Positions 24,381 through 37,150 of a DNA stretch of 64,000 nucleotides are shown here, in pieces. Position numbers and translations under genes: made by a program. The notes beneath the pieces were generated by a model that saw only the letters and a list, made by a program, of their open reading frames with translations, searched no databases and had not been told where the DNA came from. How positions within the stretch are numbered: the first letter of the stretch is position 1; every line of letters starts with the position of its first letter. Source of the DNA: Camelus ferus (taxonomy: Eukaryota); assembly GCF_009834535.1 (NCBI RefSeq), contig NC_045697.1:77006001-77070000 (forward strand), given 5' to 3'.

Positions 24381-24820
24381 TGTGATTGCAGGACTAATGG
24401 ACTCCCAAAGATGTCTACATTCTAGTCCTCAAAACTAGTAATGGGGAATGTTACTTTACTTGACAAGGTGGATTTGCAGATGTGATTAAGGATCTTGAGA
24501 TGAGGAGGGCCCAATGTAACCACAAGGGTCCTTATAAGAGGGAAGCAGGATTTTAGAGTAAGAGGAGATGATGACAGAAGCAGAGGTCAGAGTGATGAGA
24601 ATACTAGTTTTAAAGATGGAAGCCAAAGAATATGGGCAGTCTCTCGAAGCTTAAAAAGTCAAGGAACAAATGCTCTCCTAGAGCCACTGGAAGGAATGCA
24701 GCTTTGCCCATTCTTTGATTTTAGGTCTTCTAACCATCAGAACTATAACTAATAAGTTTGTGTTGTTTTACTCACTCAGTTTGTGGTAATCCGTTACAAC
24801 AGCATTGAAAATGAATGGAA
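24381..24820 (+). mobile_element. MaLR solo LTR (MLT1C/D-like)
   Basis: cccaaagatgtc.aca, tttgcagatgtgattaaggatcttgagatg, cacaagggtccttataagagg, tttgtggtaat..gttaca.cagca motifs. Confidence 0.75.
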
Positions 24821-26779
24821 TCAGAGTCACAAGTCTTCATCTGCTACAGCATCACGAGTGGTATTGTAACCCCCATAATGCCCTGAAACTCAAGCAGACC
24901 CTGTAATAACAATCCCTGTTTCTCAAATGTTTACGCATTCCTATTTTACTGACATGCCCACTGGGAAAGAATTGGGGAGATATGCCTTCTCCCATGTCAT
25001 GTAAAATTAGTATACCTTCTATTGAGGTATATAGAACTGAATAAAACATGTTCTCTTTCCTTGATGCCTCCCATTGGTGCAACTGAAAAACATTAAACTA
25101 AGTCAAGCTGTCCAGTCACTCTCATCTCCTCCTACTAGTACTAGCCTAGCCAGGATCTTGACCCAGGACTCAGCGTTACGGCTAGAACTCCTGTCCCCAG
25201 TCTCCAGGTTCTCCCCCCCACCCCCCCCAAAAAGAAATCAACAGAGACTTCTGACAGAGATACATGGCAGAAAGTTAAAGTGAGAAAGAACATGACTGGG
25301 AGAAAAACAGGATAAAGAGAAAAAATGAAGAAGATAGAAGAAAGAACTTTTCAAGTAGCTTAAAGTGTTATTTTTTTAAAGGCATAATCCACACCTATAA
25401 GCCTCTAAGAGTCTTATCAACAGAGGATATAGAGGTAAACTAACACACACTTGAAATTTTGATGTCTTATGTGCATTTAGAAAGATCCTCTGACCAAAAT
25501 AAGTAGCTGGGATAATCATGTTATACTGCTGTTAGATATTAATTACGTGACAGAAAAATATTTGTTTGGTTAGAAAATATCTTTTAGCACCATTAATTTT
25601 TGAGGTTAGTTTCATAAAACCACAATTTTAACCAAAGTTCACCCTCAGAGTTATCAAACAGAAGCAAATGTATGAGGGGAATTTGTGGCCATTTGTGTAC
25701 ACTCACAACCACCAACTATGTCCTCTCGGTACCTTAATGAAGAAAATGGTAGAATAAATTGTGTGCCATATTGAGCATTTGAGCATGCTATTTCATAAAC
25801 TTCAGGTGAGAATGTGCTCCCAGGGAAACATCTTTTAAGAAGACAAAGTTTCCCAAATAGAATGGAGTAAGCAGTAAAGTGAACTTAAAAGATGCAGCTG
25901 TCCCAGAGCCAGGCAAATTTCAATAAATCACAAACAAATTAGAAATACCTTCAGAAGGAGAAGAGCAGAAAAGAAGAATTTGGCTCTTAGTGACAGGCTG
26001 AAAAATTCCCTTTCAGGCAGATCAAGAAATGATCTCATTTACACAAGCCTGGTTAAGCAAGGGGCTTATAACTGTATGAACCCAATAATCTGGATAATAC
26101 ACGTCTTCCAAAATCCCATTCCTCTCTGCAGAGTCAGTTTTATGTTTGTTTGTTTGTTTGTTGTGTTGTTTTGTTTGAAGGGAGGGAGGAGGTGAATTTT
26201 TTCTTAAACCTTAGATTATTAATTGGGTTATAACCTCATTTAAGAGATTTTTCCCCAAATTTGCCAATTATATTGCTAAGTCTAAGAAGCAACATTTCAT
26301 TGAACTCTCCAAATCAACTTTTTTTTATAGTGCTAAGTAGACAGAACATGTTTGTAACATTGATTCAGATCATGGTTACAAGTACTCCAAGACCAGACTG
26401 TCTGGGTTCATAATCCAGCTCTGCTATTTTATAGCTGTGTGGCTTTGGTAAATTATTTAACTTTTCTGTGCCTCAGTTTTCTCATCTATAAAACAAAGAT
26501 AATAATTCTTACCCAGAAAGTCTTTTGCAGTCAATAAATGGGATGAGATATGTAAAGCTTTACAATGCCTGGTAGATGTTAGAGGCAATATAAATTTTAT
26601 ATTTTAATGGTGCTATTATTATGATTACTTTAAAATCTTCTGATCCATAGACATAGAAGGGCAAGAAAATGTACATTCTTATACCATGGGACACCTGTAC
26701 ATCCTAGTTATGACTTTAGTCCTAATCTGGTTTGTAAGAACAGAACAGCATGAGGGCAACCTTTCAGCTATTGAATGAT

Positions 26780-27100
26780 TTGAAGAATCATCCTTACCCC
26801 AGGCACCCACTGATGTGTTTTATGTCATTTTAAAATAGTTTTGCCTGTTCTGAAACTCCATATAAATAGAAGAATAGGGTATGTATTCTTATGTATCTGG
26901 CTTCCTTTGTTCAACGTAATGTTTTTGAGATTTATCCATAGTGTTTACATAATGCTATTTTGTTTTTTTATTGTAGAGTAATACTCCATTGTATACAATT
27001 TGTTCATGTATTGACATGTTTGTGGACATTTGAATTGTTTCCAGTTTTTTACTATATAAATGAAGCTTATGTGAATCTTCATATGCAAGTTTTTTATTTT
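26780..27100 (-). mobile_element. old L1 3' fragment
   Basis: tgtatctggcttcctttgttcaac.taatgtttttgagattta...tccattgtat...tttgaattgtttccagtttt motifs. Confidence 0.65.
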
Positions 27101-27139
27101 TTATATTGTAAAAACCGTAAGTAATAACTGTTTTCACTT

Positions 27140-28215
27140 AGAGATGGCTAGGATAATTTCCATGAGAAAGAACAAAAGGAGGTATCTATCAGATACCAAA
27201 ATATATTATGAAGATATAGCAATCAACACAATTTGGTATTGCTCTAGGGACAGAAATTAAACCAAAGAAACAGAATAAAAAGACCAGAAACAAACCCACC
27301 CATAGGCATTAATATGGGAAAGAAATGACATTAAAGAGCAGTGAGTTGGGGGAAGGTATAGCTCAGTGGTAGAGTGTGTGCCTAGCATGCACGAGGTCCT
27401 GGGTTCAATCCCCAGTACCTCAATTAAAAAAAAATAAATAAACCTAATTACCTCCCCTCCCCACCAAAAAAAAAAAAAAGTAGTGAGGAAAAGATGAGCT
27501 TTTAAATCAGTTATGCTGGGACAATTATGTATTCACAAAGAAAAAAATAAAATTGAATCCTTTCTTCATAAAATTAAAAGGAGATGGCTTATAAACCTAA
27601 GTATAAAACATAGTAACATACAGCATTTAGAAGATAATATAGGAGAATATCTTCATGACCTTAGATTAAGGCAGGGTTTTTTAAATAAGACACATAAGGC
27701 TCTGGCCATAGAGGAAATGATTGATAAATTGGGATACATTAAATTAAGAATATTAGTTTCTTTAAAAAAAAAAAAAAGAAAACAAATCTTAAAATGAGTG
27801 AAAGGACAAGCCACTTAATGAGGAAAGATATTTGCAAACTATAGAACTGAAAAAAATCTTACAATCTATAATATATAAGAACTCCTAAATATATAGATAT
27901 ATTTCCTAAGAAAAATCCAGACAACTCAATAGAAAAGTGAGCAAAAGCTTGAATAAGCATTACTACAAGAAGAAAACTTAAAATAGCCAATAAACATTTT
28001 AAAATGGAGCTCAGCCTCAAATAATCAGAAAAATTCATATTGAAACCACCACATTATATAACTATTCACCTACCATGGCAAAATGAAAGAGACAGAAAAT
28101 AACAAATCTAATAAATGTGGAACAACTGGAACTCTCACACTGCTGGTTGAAAAGTAAATTTACATAAGTACCTTGGAAAATTGGCACTATCTGTAAATCT
28201 GAGCATATGCAAACC
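27140..28215 (+). mobile_element. degenerate L1 ORF2 fragment (contains a SINE insertion)
   Basis: Remnant peptide LEDNIGEYLHDL...FLNKT.KA...IDKL.YIKL typical of L1 ORF2, with many stops. Confidence 0.75.
27348..27480 (+). mobile_element. camelid-type SINE, well preserved
   Basis: GGTATAGCTCAGTGGTAGAG (A box) and GGTTCAATCCC (B box), CCTAATTACCTCCCC tail, poly(A). Confidence 0.9.
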
Positions 28216-28219
28216 CTCT

Positions 28220-29393
28220 GTAGAAGGGTTTTTTAAGAGAATGACAGTGAAAGTCTGAGGGCCTAAAAAGCTCTATTAGAAGAAGATGCCAAATGGCCTT
28301 ATAGGGACTTCAGATGAGGACTTAAAAAAGGTAAGAAAAATGTCATTGGAAACTATAAGGAAACAGATTTTTACTACATAGGGGCAGGCATTGCAACACT
28401 ATTGCCTGTAGTAATGTGGAAAGTAGAAAAGTGTATGTAATGAACTGTGTGTCGTAGACAAGAGGACTCCATTTAGAGCATTGAAGGTGCCAACAGGTTT
28501 CTTTTTATTGTATGTAGTAAAATGTAAAAGGAGATAGATAAGCTACAGAAAAGACTCTTAGAGAAAAAGAAGCCAGGAATTGTTGGGATTGAAATTTCCC
28601 ATCTTCTTCAGATGACAATTGATGATAATATTCACAAATGGCTTTTGGACAAGATCAAATCCAGAGACTTTCAGAAAAAACAGAAAATCTGAGGATGTAA
28701 CTGTAAAATCTGTCGTTAAGATCTCTGAAATATCTAAAGTGATACCTCAGAAAAAATTTTAATCAAACTACAGAGCATAGAAGAAGCTTAAGGATGCTGT
28801 CCCTCAGTAGTGTCAGCAGAAACCCAAAGAAGAATAAGGCTTATCTCAGCAAAGTGAAACCCAATAATATTTATAAGAGATCAACAGGCTTTTAGCGCAA
28901 ATTGTACTGGCAAAAACATCAACTTGATCTGAAAGAAAAGATAGTACAAAAGGAGAAGAGACCTTTGGACTCTGAAACCTCTGCAGGCAGGAAGCAGGCT
29001 AAAAAAAACTGTACTAACACAGGATATCTTTCATGGCAAAGAAGAAATAATTTACAGCACAGAACCAAAGGGTCAGAAGGCAAAGCCCAGAGTCATGGAG
29101 AATCATTCCCAGGAAGGAATCAGCCTCAGCTCTAATTGAATGACTTTTAACATTTGCCCACCTGAATTTCAGAAGCTCTGTGGACCAGTGACTCCTGGTG
29201 TAGATGAAGTGGATCTTCCTGCCCCACTTAAGATTTCAGATGATGGTAGTGCCAGACAATCTTTTAAAAGAAATTTCATGAGAGATCTAGAACCAGAAGT
29301 ACTCAAGTAATCTGTTCCCAAATTCCTAACCCACAAAAACTATGGGATAATAAATGTTCATTGTTTTAAGCCACTTGTAGACATAGATAATAC
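28220..29393 (+). mobile_element. MaLR internal sequence plus 3' part of an MLT1 LTR
   Basis: MLT-int-like attggaaact...aggaaa...atgtggaaagtagaa. LTR end aataaatgtt.attgttttaagccact...atagataataca. Confidence 0.6.
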
Positions 29394-29759
29394 ACCGCAT
29401 GTTGAATATGATGCTTAACTTCTTTTGCATTTCTTTAATTTTACCACATGCCTATATATTCATAAACAATATTATTTAGCTTTATATGTTTTAAACTTTA
29501 TATAAATGTACTATTTTTATAAATGTTTTCCTTTTTTTCTCAACATTGTATTTGAGGGATTTGTTCCAGTTGTAACTCTGGTCAAACATTTTTACTAATC
29601 TACACATACCATGACTATACCACATGTATCTATCTATTCTGTTGATAGAACTTTGGGTGTCTCTGATTTTTTTTCTTATTTTTCTTATTTCAAGCAATGC
29701 AATTACAAGCATTTTTCTGTACATCTACTTTTACACAAGTGCAAGAATTTCTTTAGGCT

Positions 29760-30288
29760 ATTATATTAGTTATCTTTTGCTGTGCAACAAATTATCATAA
29801 AACCTAGAAGCTTAAAAGAACACAATTTTATTATTTCACAGTCTCTGTGGAACAGAAATTTGGGAATGGCTTAGCTGGATGGCTTTTGCACGAAGTTGCA
29901 GTTAAGATGTCAACTGAGGCTATAATCATCTGAAGGCTTGACTGGAGCTGGAGAATCTTCTTCCAAGATGGCTCATTCACATGGCTATTGGTAAGAATTG
30001 CTTTTGTTTGACTTTTTTCAGGAGACCTCAGTTTCTCGCCACTTGGGTCTCTCTAAAAGGCTGCTTAAGCGTCCTTATGACATGGCAGCTGGCTTCCCCA
30101 CAGAGCAAATGATCTAAGAGAGAGGGTCATGCGTTCTATGACCTAGTCTTGGAAGTTACACACTGTCATCTCCATCATATCTATTAATTGGAAGTGAGTC
30201 TCTAAGTCCAGCCCTTACTCAAGGAATGGAGATTTAAGCCCCATCTAGGGGTACCAAAGAATTTATTAACATATTTTAAAATCATCAA
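29760..30288 (-). mobile_element. MLT1-type LTR inserted in an old L1 fragment (~29400-30460)
   Basis: tattagttatct.ttgctg...aacaaatta...gcttaaaa..aca...ttccaagatggctca..cacatggct motifs. L1-like sequence on both sides. Confidence 0.65.
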
Positions 30289-31789
30289 AGCTATATTCCT
30301 ACTTCATACAGGATGTATACATCATCAGCTTTGCTAGATAATGCCAAATTACTCTCCAAAACTATTGTACCAATTTAAATACCCAGCATTAATACATATG
30401 GTTTCCCTCTCTCCATATCCTCACCAAAATGAGTACTGTAAAACTTTTTTTTATTTGCTTATCTTCACATATTCTAATTTATGTTAGTTGACATTTCAGC
30501 AAGACTAGCTAAATTTACTCAATTACAGCACTTAATGCATTACATTAAGCAAAGACCGGAAGATGATGATAGAGTGAGACATGTGGATATCTGGAGGGAA
30601 AGTGTTGCAGAAAGTGGGAATAGGCTCAGGCCCCCAAGAGGGTGTGTACACGGTGTGTTTGAGGAAAAGCAAGGAGGTCAACGCAGCAGGAATAGAGTAA
30701 CAAGGGGAGAGAAGGATGGATGATGTTAGAGGGATGACGGGTTAGAGGGCAGATCATAAAGGACCTTCTAGATCTTCATAGAAAGTTCTGTTGCACAATA
30801 GAAATACATATTTGGGAGTCATCTGTTTATAAGTCATTGGTTCTCAACCTTGGCTACACACAAAAATCACCTAAACTGTCTGGAGCCTTGATTCTGTCAT
30901 TTGAATTCCTTGGGTCTACTTCATGTTCCCTCAGGGCCTCTTCTCCACTTAATCTCTTTGTATGGTCTTTTCACATGGCCTCTCAAGCAGAGTAGCTGGG
31001 CTTCTTCTCAAGGAGCAGTGTCTTTTCCACCACATGTCAGTGGTTAAAGCAAGTCCCATAGCTAACACTATTTCAAGGAGGATGGGGGCACTACACGAAG
31101 GCATGAATTCTGGAAGCATGATTCACTGGGGGCCATCAGTATAGCAGACTACCACATGAAGAAAGTATAGACACTAGGGGTTTGAAGGGCAATGAAAAGA
31201 TGCTAAGATGGATGGATTGTAGATCCCAGTAGAAGATTTACTGGAATTAGTCAATTTGAAACTATAAGATGAAAAATTAACAGGTAGCAACTAAGAATGG
31301 ATACAAGGAAAGTAGTAAAGTTATTGATGATGGCAATGTCTGGGGCAGTGTTTCTCAATGCTCTCATCACAGTAGAAATAATGATGCTCAGGTCATCTCC
31401 CAGGAGATTTTGATATAATTATGCTGGAGGACTGTCACTGGTAGCACTGAAAAGCTCCCCAGCTAATTCTAATTGAGGACTTCAGATCTAGAATATGGCA
31501 TTGGAGGCAAAAGAACTGAGGTAAGCTGTACAACAAGATCATTAGGTTAAATAAAAAACTGAGACATCAGGATACTGGAATAATTATCTGCATGGACATT
31601 GATGTCATTAAAAGATTCGAAAGGAGTAGTGATAGAAAGTGGTGAGCCCAAGGCTAAAATATTCAAGGAAAGAAGGTGAGTAGCTCCAGGTTTCCAGTTT
31701 GTGCAAGAGGGATGCTAACCCTGGCATAAATGGGGAAGTATGGCAAAATAAAAACAAAAACAACTTATTAGGGGAAAATTTATATTTTT

Positions 31790-32290
31790 AGAAAAAAAAG
31801 GTATAATATCACTTAGACAATTGGATAGCCACATGAAAAGAATAAAATTGAACCCTTCTTCACACTTTATTATAAAAATTAACCCAAAATAATGAAAGAC
31901 CTAAATCTATGAAGTCCTTAGAAGAACCACGGGAGTAAATCTTCATGACTTCAGTTTGGACAATGATTTCTTAGATACAACATCAAATTGTACAAGAAAC
32001 AAAAGAAAAAACTGGTAAATTGGGCTTCATCAAAATGTAAAGCTTTTGTGTTTCAAAGATCAAGAATGTGAAAAGACACAAAATGGTAGAAAGTATTTGC
32101 AAATCATGTATCTGGTGAGGGACTTTCATTTAGAAAATACAAAGAACTCTTACACCTCAATAATAAGAAGACAAAGAACCCAATTTTAAAATGGGCAAAG
32201 GATCTGAAGAGACATTTTTCCGAAGAAGATATTCAAGTTGCTGATAAGTAAGTGAAAAGATGCACAGTGTCTTAGCCATCAGAGAACATG
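31790..32290 (+). mobile_element. old L1 ORF2 fragment
   Basis: ggatagccacatgaaaagaataaaattga..., tttgcaaatcat.tatctg.t.agggact, aaaatgggcaaaggatctgaa.agacattt motifs. Confidence 0.75.
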
Positions 32291-34918
32291 ACTCAGTACC
32301 CCCAACTTGATGTGTTTGACATGCTGTTCCAACATCACTAAATAATTATTATTAAAAGCAAAAGTGCTTGTTAGTGAAAAGCAATAATAATTTTTCCTTG
32401 AGTATGTTGACATTGCAAAGAATATCTGAGGTCTCACTTTTTGAGATGCCATTTACTATACTTAACAAGGGATATTTAGCTCATTGTTAACATGATGCAC
32501 GTGTTTTTACTCTTGTCACTGACGTGTCTGGATCTAAGACACATGATTATGTAAATTCCTAGAAGTTAGTATTAGATGAAAATCTTTGCAAGTAGATACA
32601 GTGTGGCATTGGGAGTGGGGGGTAGTCTGGTAGTGGGCTCTGGGCAAAGATCCAGGTAGGCTATATATTTTAATCACCTCCTTTATTAAGTTTTCCAGGC
32701 CACCTATTATAAAGGCCTCTATTACACATCTTGCGCCTGAATAGGAACTTTGTCTGGGGAATCCAAGTCTTATAATAAGACTGATGTAAAGTACAATTTT
32801 ATCAACATCAGTTGGCTACTCTCATGTTATCATAGCAACAAGTCCAACTCAGGCAACTTTACACAAACTCAGCTTCCCAGAGTTCCTAGAATGACTGATT
32901 GTTTCTTTTCAGTAACTTTTTTTTAACCTTACTAACACTTTTTTAATGACAACAGATGGTAAATTTATACAAATTACAGACTAGATATAATAAATATAAA
33001 ACCTATCCAGAAAACAGAAAAATGTCACTTACAAAAGTAAATCTGATTCAAGTGGCTAAAGAACTCAAGCCCCACATTTTGATAATTATATGCAGCTTTC
33101 AAAGTAGTGCATCTGAACCCTCCCCTAGTCAGGGCACTATTCAAAACTATAGCATATTCAGTGACTCTAGTGATCAGCAACCTGCTGTGAGTCCTACAAT
33201 TGAGCACCAGGTGGGGTCTTGTGGGCAGAGGTCTGTCCACAACTACCTCCCCCTCAATCACACAGACACACATATACACGTACACACATGACCTACCCCT
33301 TGGCCCCCAGAGCCCGGAGATGCACACCCAAAGGCATGATAGGCCCTTTGGAGGAGAAGCCCAAGGAAGAAGCCCATGGAGGCTTGGGAAATGGGCTTTG
33401 GATCATTTGATAGGGAATCCCACTGTTCAGTATCATGAGCATGGTTGGCAGGGTGTGGGGAGAGTACAGAACCAGCTGTGCACAGTGCATGCTCTTGGCC
33501 CAGTGGACCTTCGCTCTGAGGAGGATGCACACAGAGGCTCTCAAAAGGTGAGGCCCAGAGAATAAGAAGAGTATTGCCTCAGGCTAGTGTTCAGCACACT
33601 TTAGAGAGCTTTAACAGTTCCATTGACCACAGGTTCAAGAGTCATTTCACTTAGGATTAGCCTTATCAGAGTGAGTTACAAGGGAAGGAAGTTACAAGGG
33701 TTAAGAAGTGAAGTTACCAACCTGTCCCAGGGCAAAGGGCATGTCCCATGAGGTTTCCGACCTCAGATGTTTCTGAGCTTGTACTCTTGTCTCTCTAAAA
33801 CCTAAAGCTCTTTCCCAAGAAAGGTCACATATCTAATGTTGGGTGCAGGGAAAGCAGGACATGGGCAGAGTCCCTGCCAAGGGGCAGTGGGTGAGTCTCC
33901 TAAATCTCCATCTTTTCTCCAGTCCTACCCTACTTATACATCTCTTCCTCCTCCTCTCTGTCACCTCCTATTCATGGCAAAGTCCCCCAGAATAAAAGAT
34001 GTATCAGTTCACCAACGTGTGGGCTTACACTCTCTCTGTTCTCGCAAAGTAAGTCCTCACTATCTTAAGTCTCTGATGCTCTTAATAAGATGTTTTCTAT
34101 GTTTTCCCCAGATATTTTAGTTTATTTTACAAGAAAGTAGGGCTGACTATAGCTGAAAGTGGAAATCCCAAAATGGCTTTGAGATATTTGTTTTTTGTCA
34201 AATTGTGTTTTTAGCGAATGGACCCCACGTAGAGCTTCAAGTTTCCCTTGATTAGCTTTGAGAACGCATGATTTAACAGACACTTGTTTAACCCTCACTC
34301 ATTGAGTGTTCCTCTATTTAAACCATTATAGAAAACCACGGAGAGGATACCAGATTGAAAAAGATGCAAGTTGTGCCATTAAAAGAACGTATCACCTTGA
34401 GGGGGGAAGTCAGATGTGTGTAAATAATAAAGGAGTGAAGGAGGAAGGTGACGTACAGAAAATGAACTGAGTCTGGAAGTTCCAAGCCTCAAGATTACAA
34501 ATTGAAATAGAAATGTCATGTTTTGTGAGGACTATAAATCAAAGGTCTCAAAATGGTAGGCCACAGACTGAATTCAGCCCACAATCGTATTTGGTTTGGC
34601 CCACACAGCATTTTAAAAATAGGAGCCTTCCCATTTTTAAAAATCTGTATTTCCATCTTCTGAAAACTCAGAAGATCTGGCAACGGTTCTCATTGCCAAC
34701 TGGCAATCGTCAGCCGGAGCTCAGTAGACGGCGGGTCCTGGGGGAGAGCTTAATTTCTTCACTTCGTCACATTTCCCATCAGTCCCCCGCCATCACCCTT
34801 CACACCCTGCATGTTTCACTTTCTCAGTCTAATGAAAAACGCTGTATAAATGCAGCTTCCAGCCCTTTGCCTTGCAATGAGATGGCGAATTTTAGGCCTT
34901 CAAATCTACACCCCCTAT

Positions 34919-34944
34919 ACACACACACACACACACACACACAC
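34919..34944. repeat. (AC)n microsatellite
   Basis: Directly visible. Confidence 0.9.
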
Positions 34945-36369
34945 ATTTTAACCCTATTTCTTTCTATAGACATTGTAGACAATAAGGTCTCACCACCACC
35001 ACCACTTTTAGTCACTAACTTAAATAAATATCCTTTCTGTAGGTATTTAAGTTTATAATCTCTGTGTATTGATCCAGCCCCCACAGAGATGAAGAAATGG
35101 TGTATTAAAGATTCCCCACTCCTTTTTCTCCACAAACATTGGGCTCCATTTGTCATAGACTATTGGGGGAAGAAAAGAAGAGAACTGCTCGTATTGAAGA
35201 ATGATCAAAGGGAAACTGGCCACAGCATGTGTGAGCAGGGAAGAGTTGAAGGCCAGCCCCACAGAGCAGAGAGGGGGGTGTTAGTGTAAGGGGCTCTATT
35301 CAAGTGTGTGGCGGTGTCTTCTGCACCAGCCTTTCCATGAGAAAGATCTCCCCACCTCTGTGACCTTCTGATCTGAGCGCTTCCTGTGGATACGCTCCAC
35401 CTCTCATGATGGAAAAAAGGGATCTAGTGGGGCGGTGAGGATGGCCTCTTTCTGGTAAGGGCTGAGCTAAGAGAGACTTACAGGTACATTCATCGAGATT
35501 TCAAAGCATTTTTATGTCTGATGGTTAAATATAGTTGACAGAATAGAACTGCGTACAATTGGAGGTGAAGACTAACCCAGCCTTGAACCCTAACTCTGCC
35601 CCCTCATCACTGTGTGCCTTTTCCTCTAAGTTTCAGGATACTCGTGAGGATTAAACAAGACAGTATATATGTAAAGTGCTGAGGACAGTTCTTCGTATAT
35701 AGCAAGTACTCAATAACTGATAGGTTTTATTGCTGCTTCACTTTACATAGGATCCATAAATTAGTAAGAATTTTCTTTGGGGTCTTTGCCAGTCTTGACT
35801 ATGCCCCTCCTCCGTGAGAGACTGCGAATGAAATAAATAGATAAAAGCCATTGTACTTGTTACACCATGTTTTACATGTAGAAATCAGATCATATTTTGA
35901 AAAATTGGGAAATTTACAAGTTACCAAGGCCTCACCAGTAGACAAGAGAACTGTAAACCCAAGCAGGGTTTGACAGGCCCTTCCAAGCTACTGTATGATA
36001 CGCTGTTCATACCTCAACACCTTGCATTTTGAATGCTGGCATTTCAACCTGCCCTGCCTCTGGTGTTACTGATTTGAAATTCATATTTGTGTCTATTCTG
36101 ACTCAAGCTTAGATCTCCTCAGATTTTTTGAACATTAATGGTGAGTCTATAGTGTTATTTATCATGACCTCATTAGTATTTAATTTAATACAAATACTAA
36201 TTCTATTCCCCTAAGTGATTATAGACTGGATATACTGACCACAACACTCTCCCAACTTTTCTTCCTGCTTGAAGCTCCACATCACCTTTCCTTTCCAAAG
36301 TTCTCCCTTTAGGATTTGAGTTCTCAAGCTTCTGTGGGGCCTCTACTTACTTGTGGAGGAGGGCAAATT

Positions 36370-37150
36370 TTTTATTGAAAGTTAACATGTATACAAAAAT
36401 GAAAACTTGCACAAATCACAAGTGCACAGCTCCATAAATTCTTACAAAGTGAACACTGCTGTATGATCTATGCCCAGATTAAGAAGCAGTCACAACTCCC
36501 TCCGCCATTCCCCATTCGAGAACTACCATCTGATAGTTTTATGGGGTGGGGGGGGGAGCAGGTAATTAGATTTATTTATTCTTAGAGGAGGTACTGGGGA
36601 TTGAACCCAGGACCTCATGCATGCCAAGCATGCACTCTACCACTTGAGCTATACATCACCCTGCTGATAGCTTAAATTGACCTACTTCTTTTTAACTTTC
36701 CATAAATGGAATCAAACAGTACAGACTTGTCTTTCCCTGACTTCTTTGCTCAATGCTGTGTTTGTGAGATTCATTCATATTGTTGCACATGGTATGCATG
36801 TATATTCCTGTTACCATATGTATTTCTTTGCTTGAATATAACACAGTTCGTTTATCCATTTTGCTATTGATGCCTATTTGGGTTAGATCCAATTTCTGGC
36901 TGTTACAGATATTGTTGTTATAATATACTTGCTCAAGTCTTTAGGTGAATAACTATACATTTCTGCTGTGTATGTACTTAGGAAATGACTGGTTCATTTT
37001 CTTTGTAAACATTCAGCTTTAAGAGACACTGCCACATCACTTTTCAAAGTTGTCACCACAATTTACACTCCCACCAGCCACACATGACAGTTCCAGTTGC
37101 TCTACATCTTCCCCTATGCTTGGTATTGCAGAATCCTTTTTAATTCCCTT
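36370..37150 (-). mobile_element. old L1 3' region with nested SINE
   Basis: L1M 3' UTR/ORF2-end motifs (ataaatggaatca, tttgtgagattcattcatattgttgca, caccacaatttacactcccaccagc). Confidence 0.7.
36540..36662 (-). mobile_element. camelid-type SINE
   Basis: ggtaattag tail and gaggtactggggattgaacccaggacctc...ctctaccac.tgagctatac head. Confidence 0.85.

Noticed and set aside
27348..27425. tRNA-like sequence with A and B boxes
   Set aside because: Followed by the SINE tail and poly(A), so it is a SINE head and not a tRNA gene.
34513..35058. 181-aa ORF
   Set aside because: Runs through DNA-transposon-like sequence and an (AC)n repeat; no recognisable domain or exon structure.
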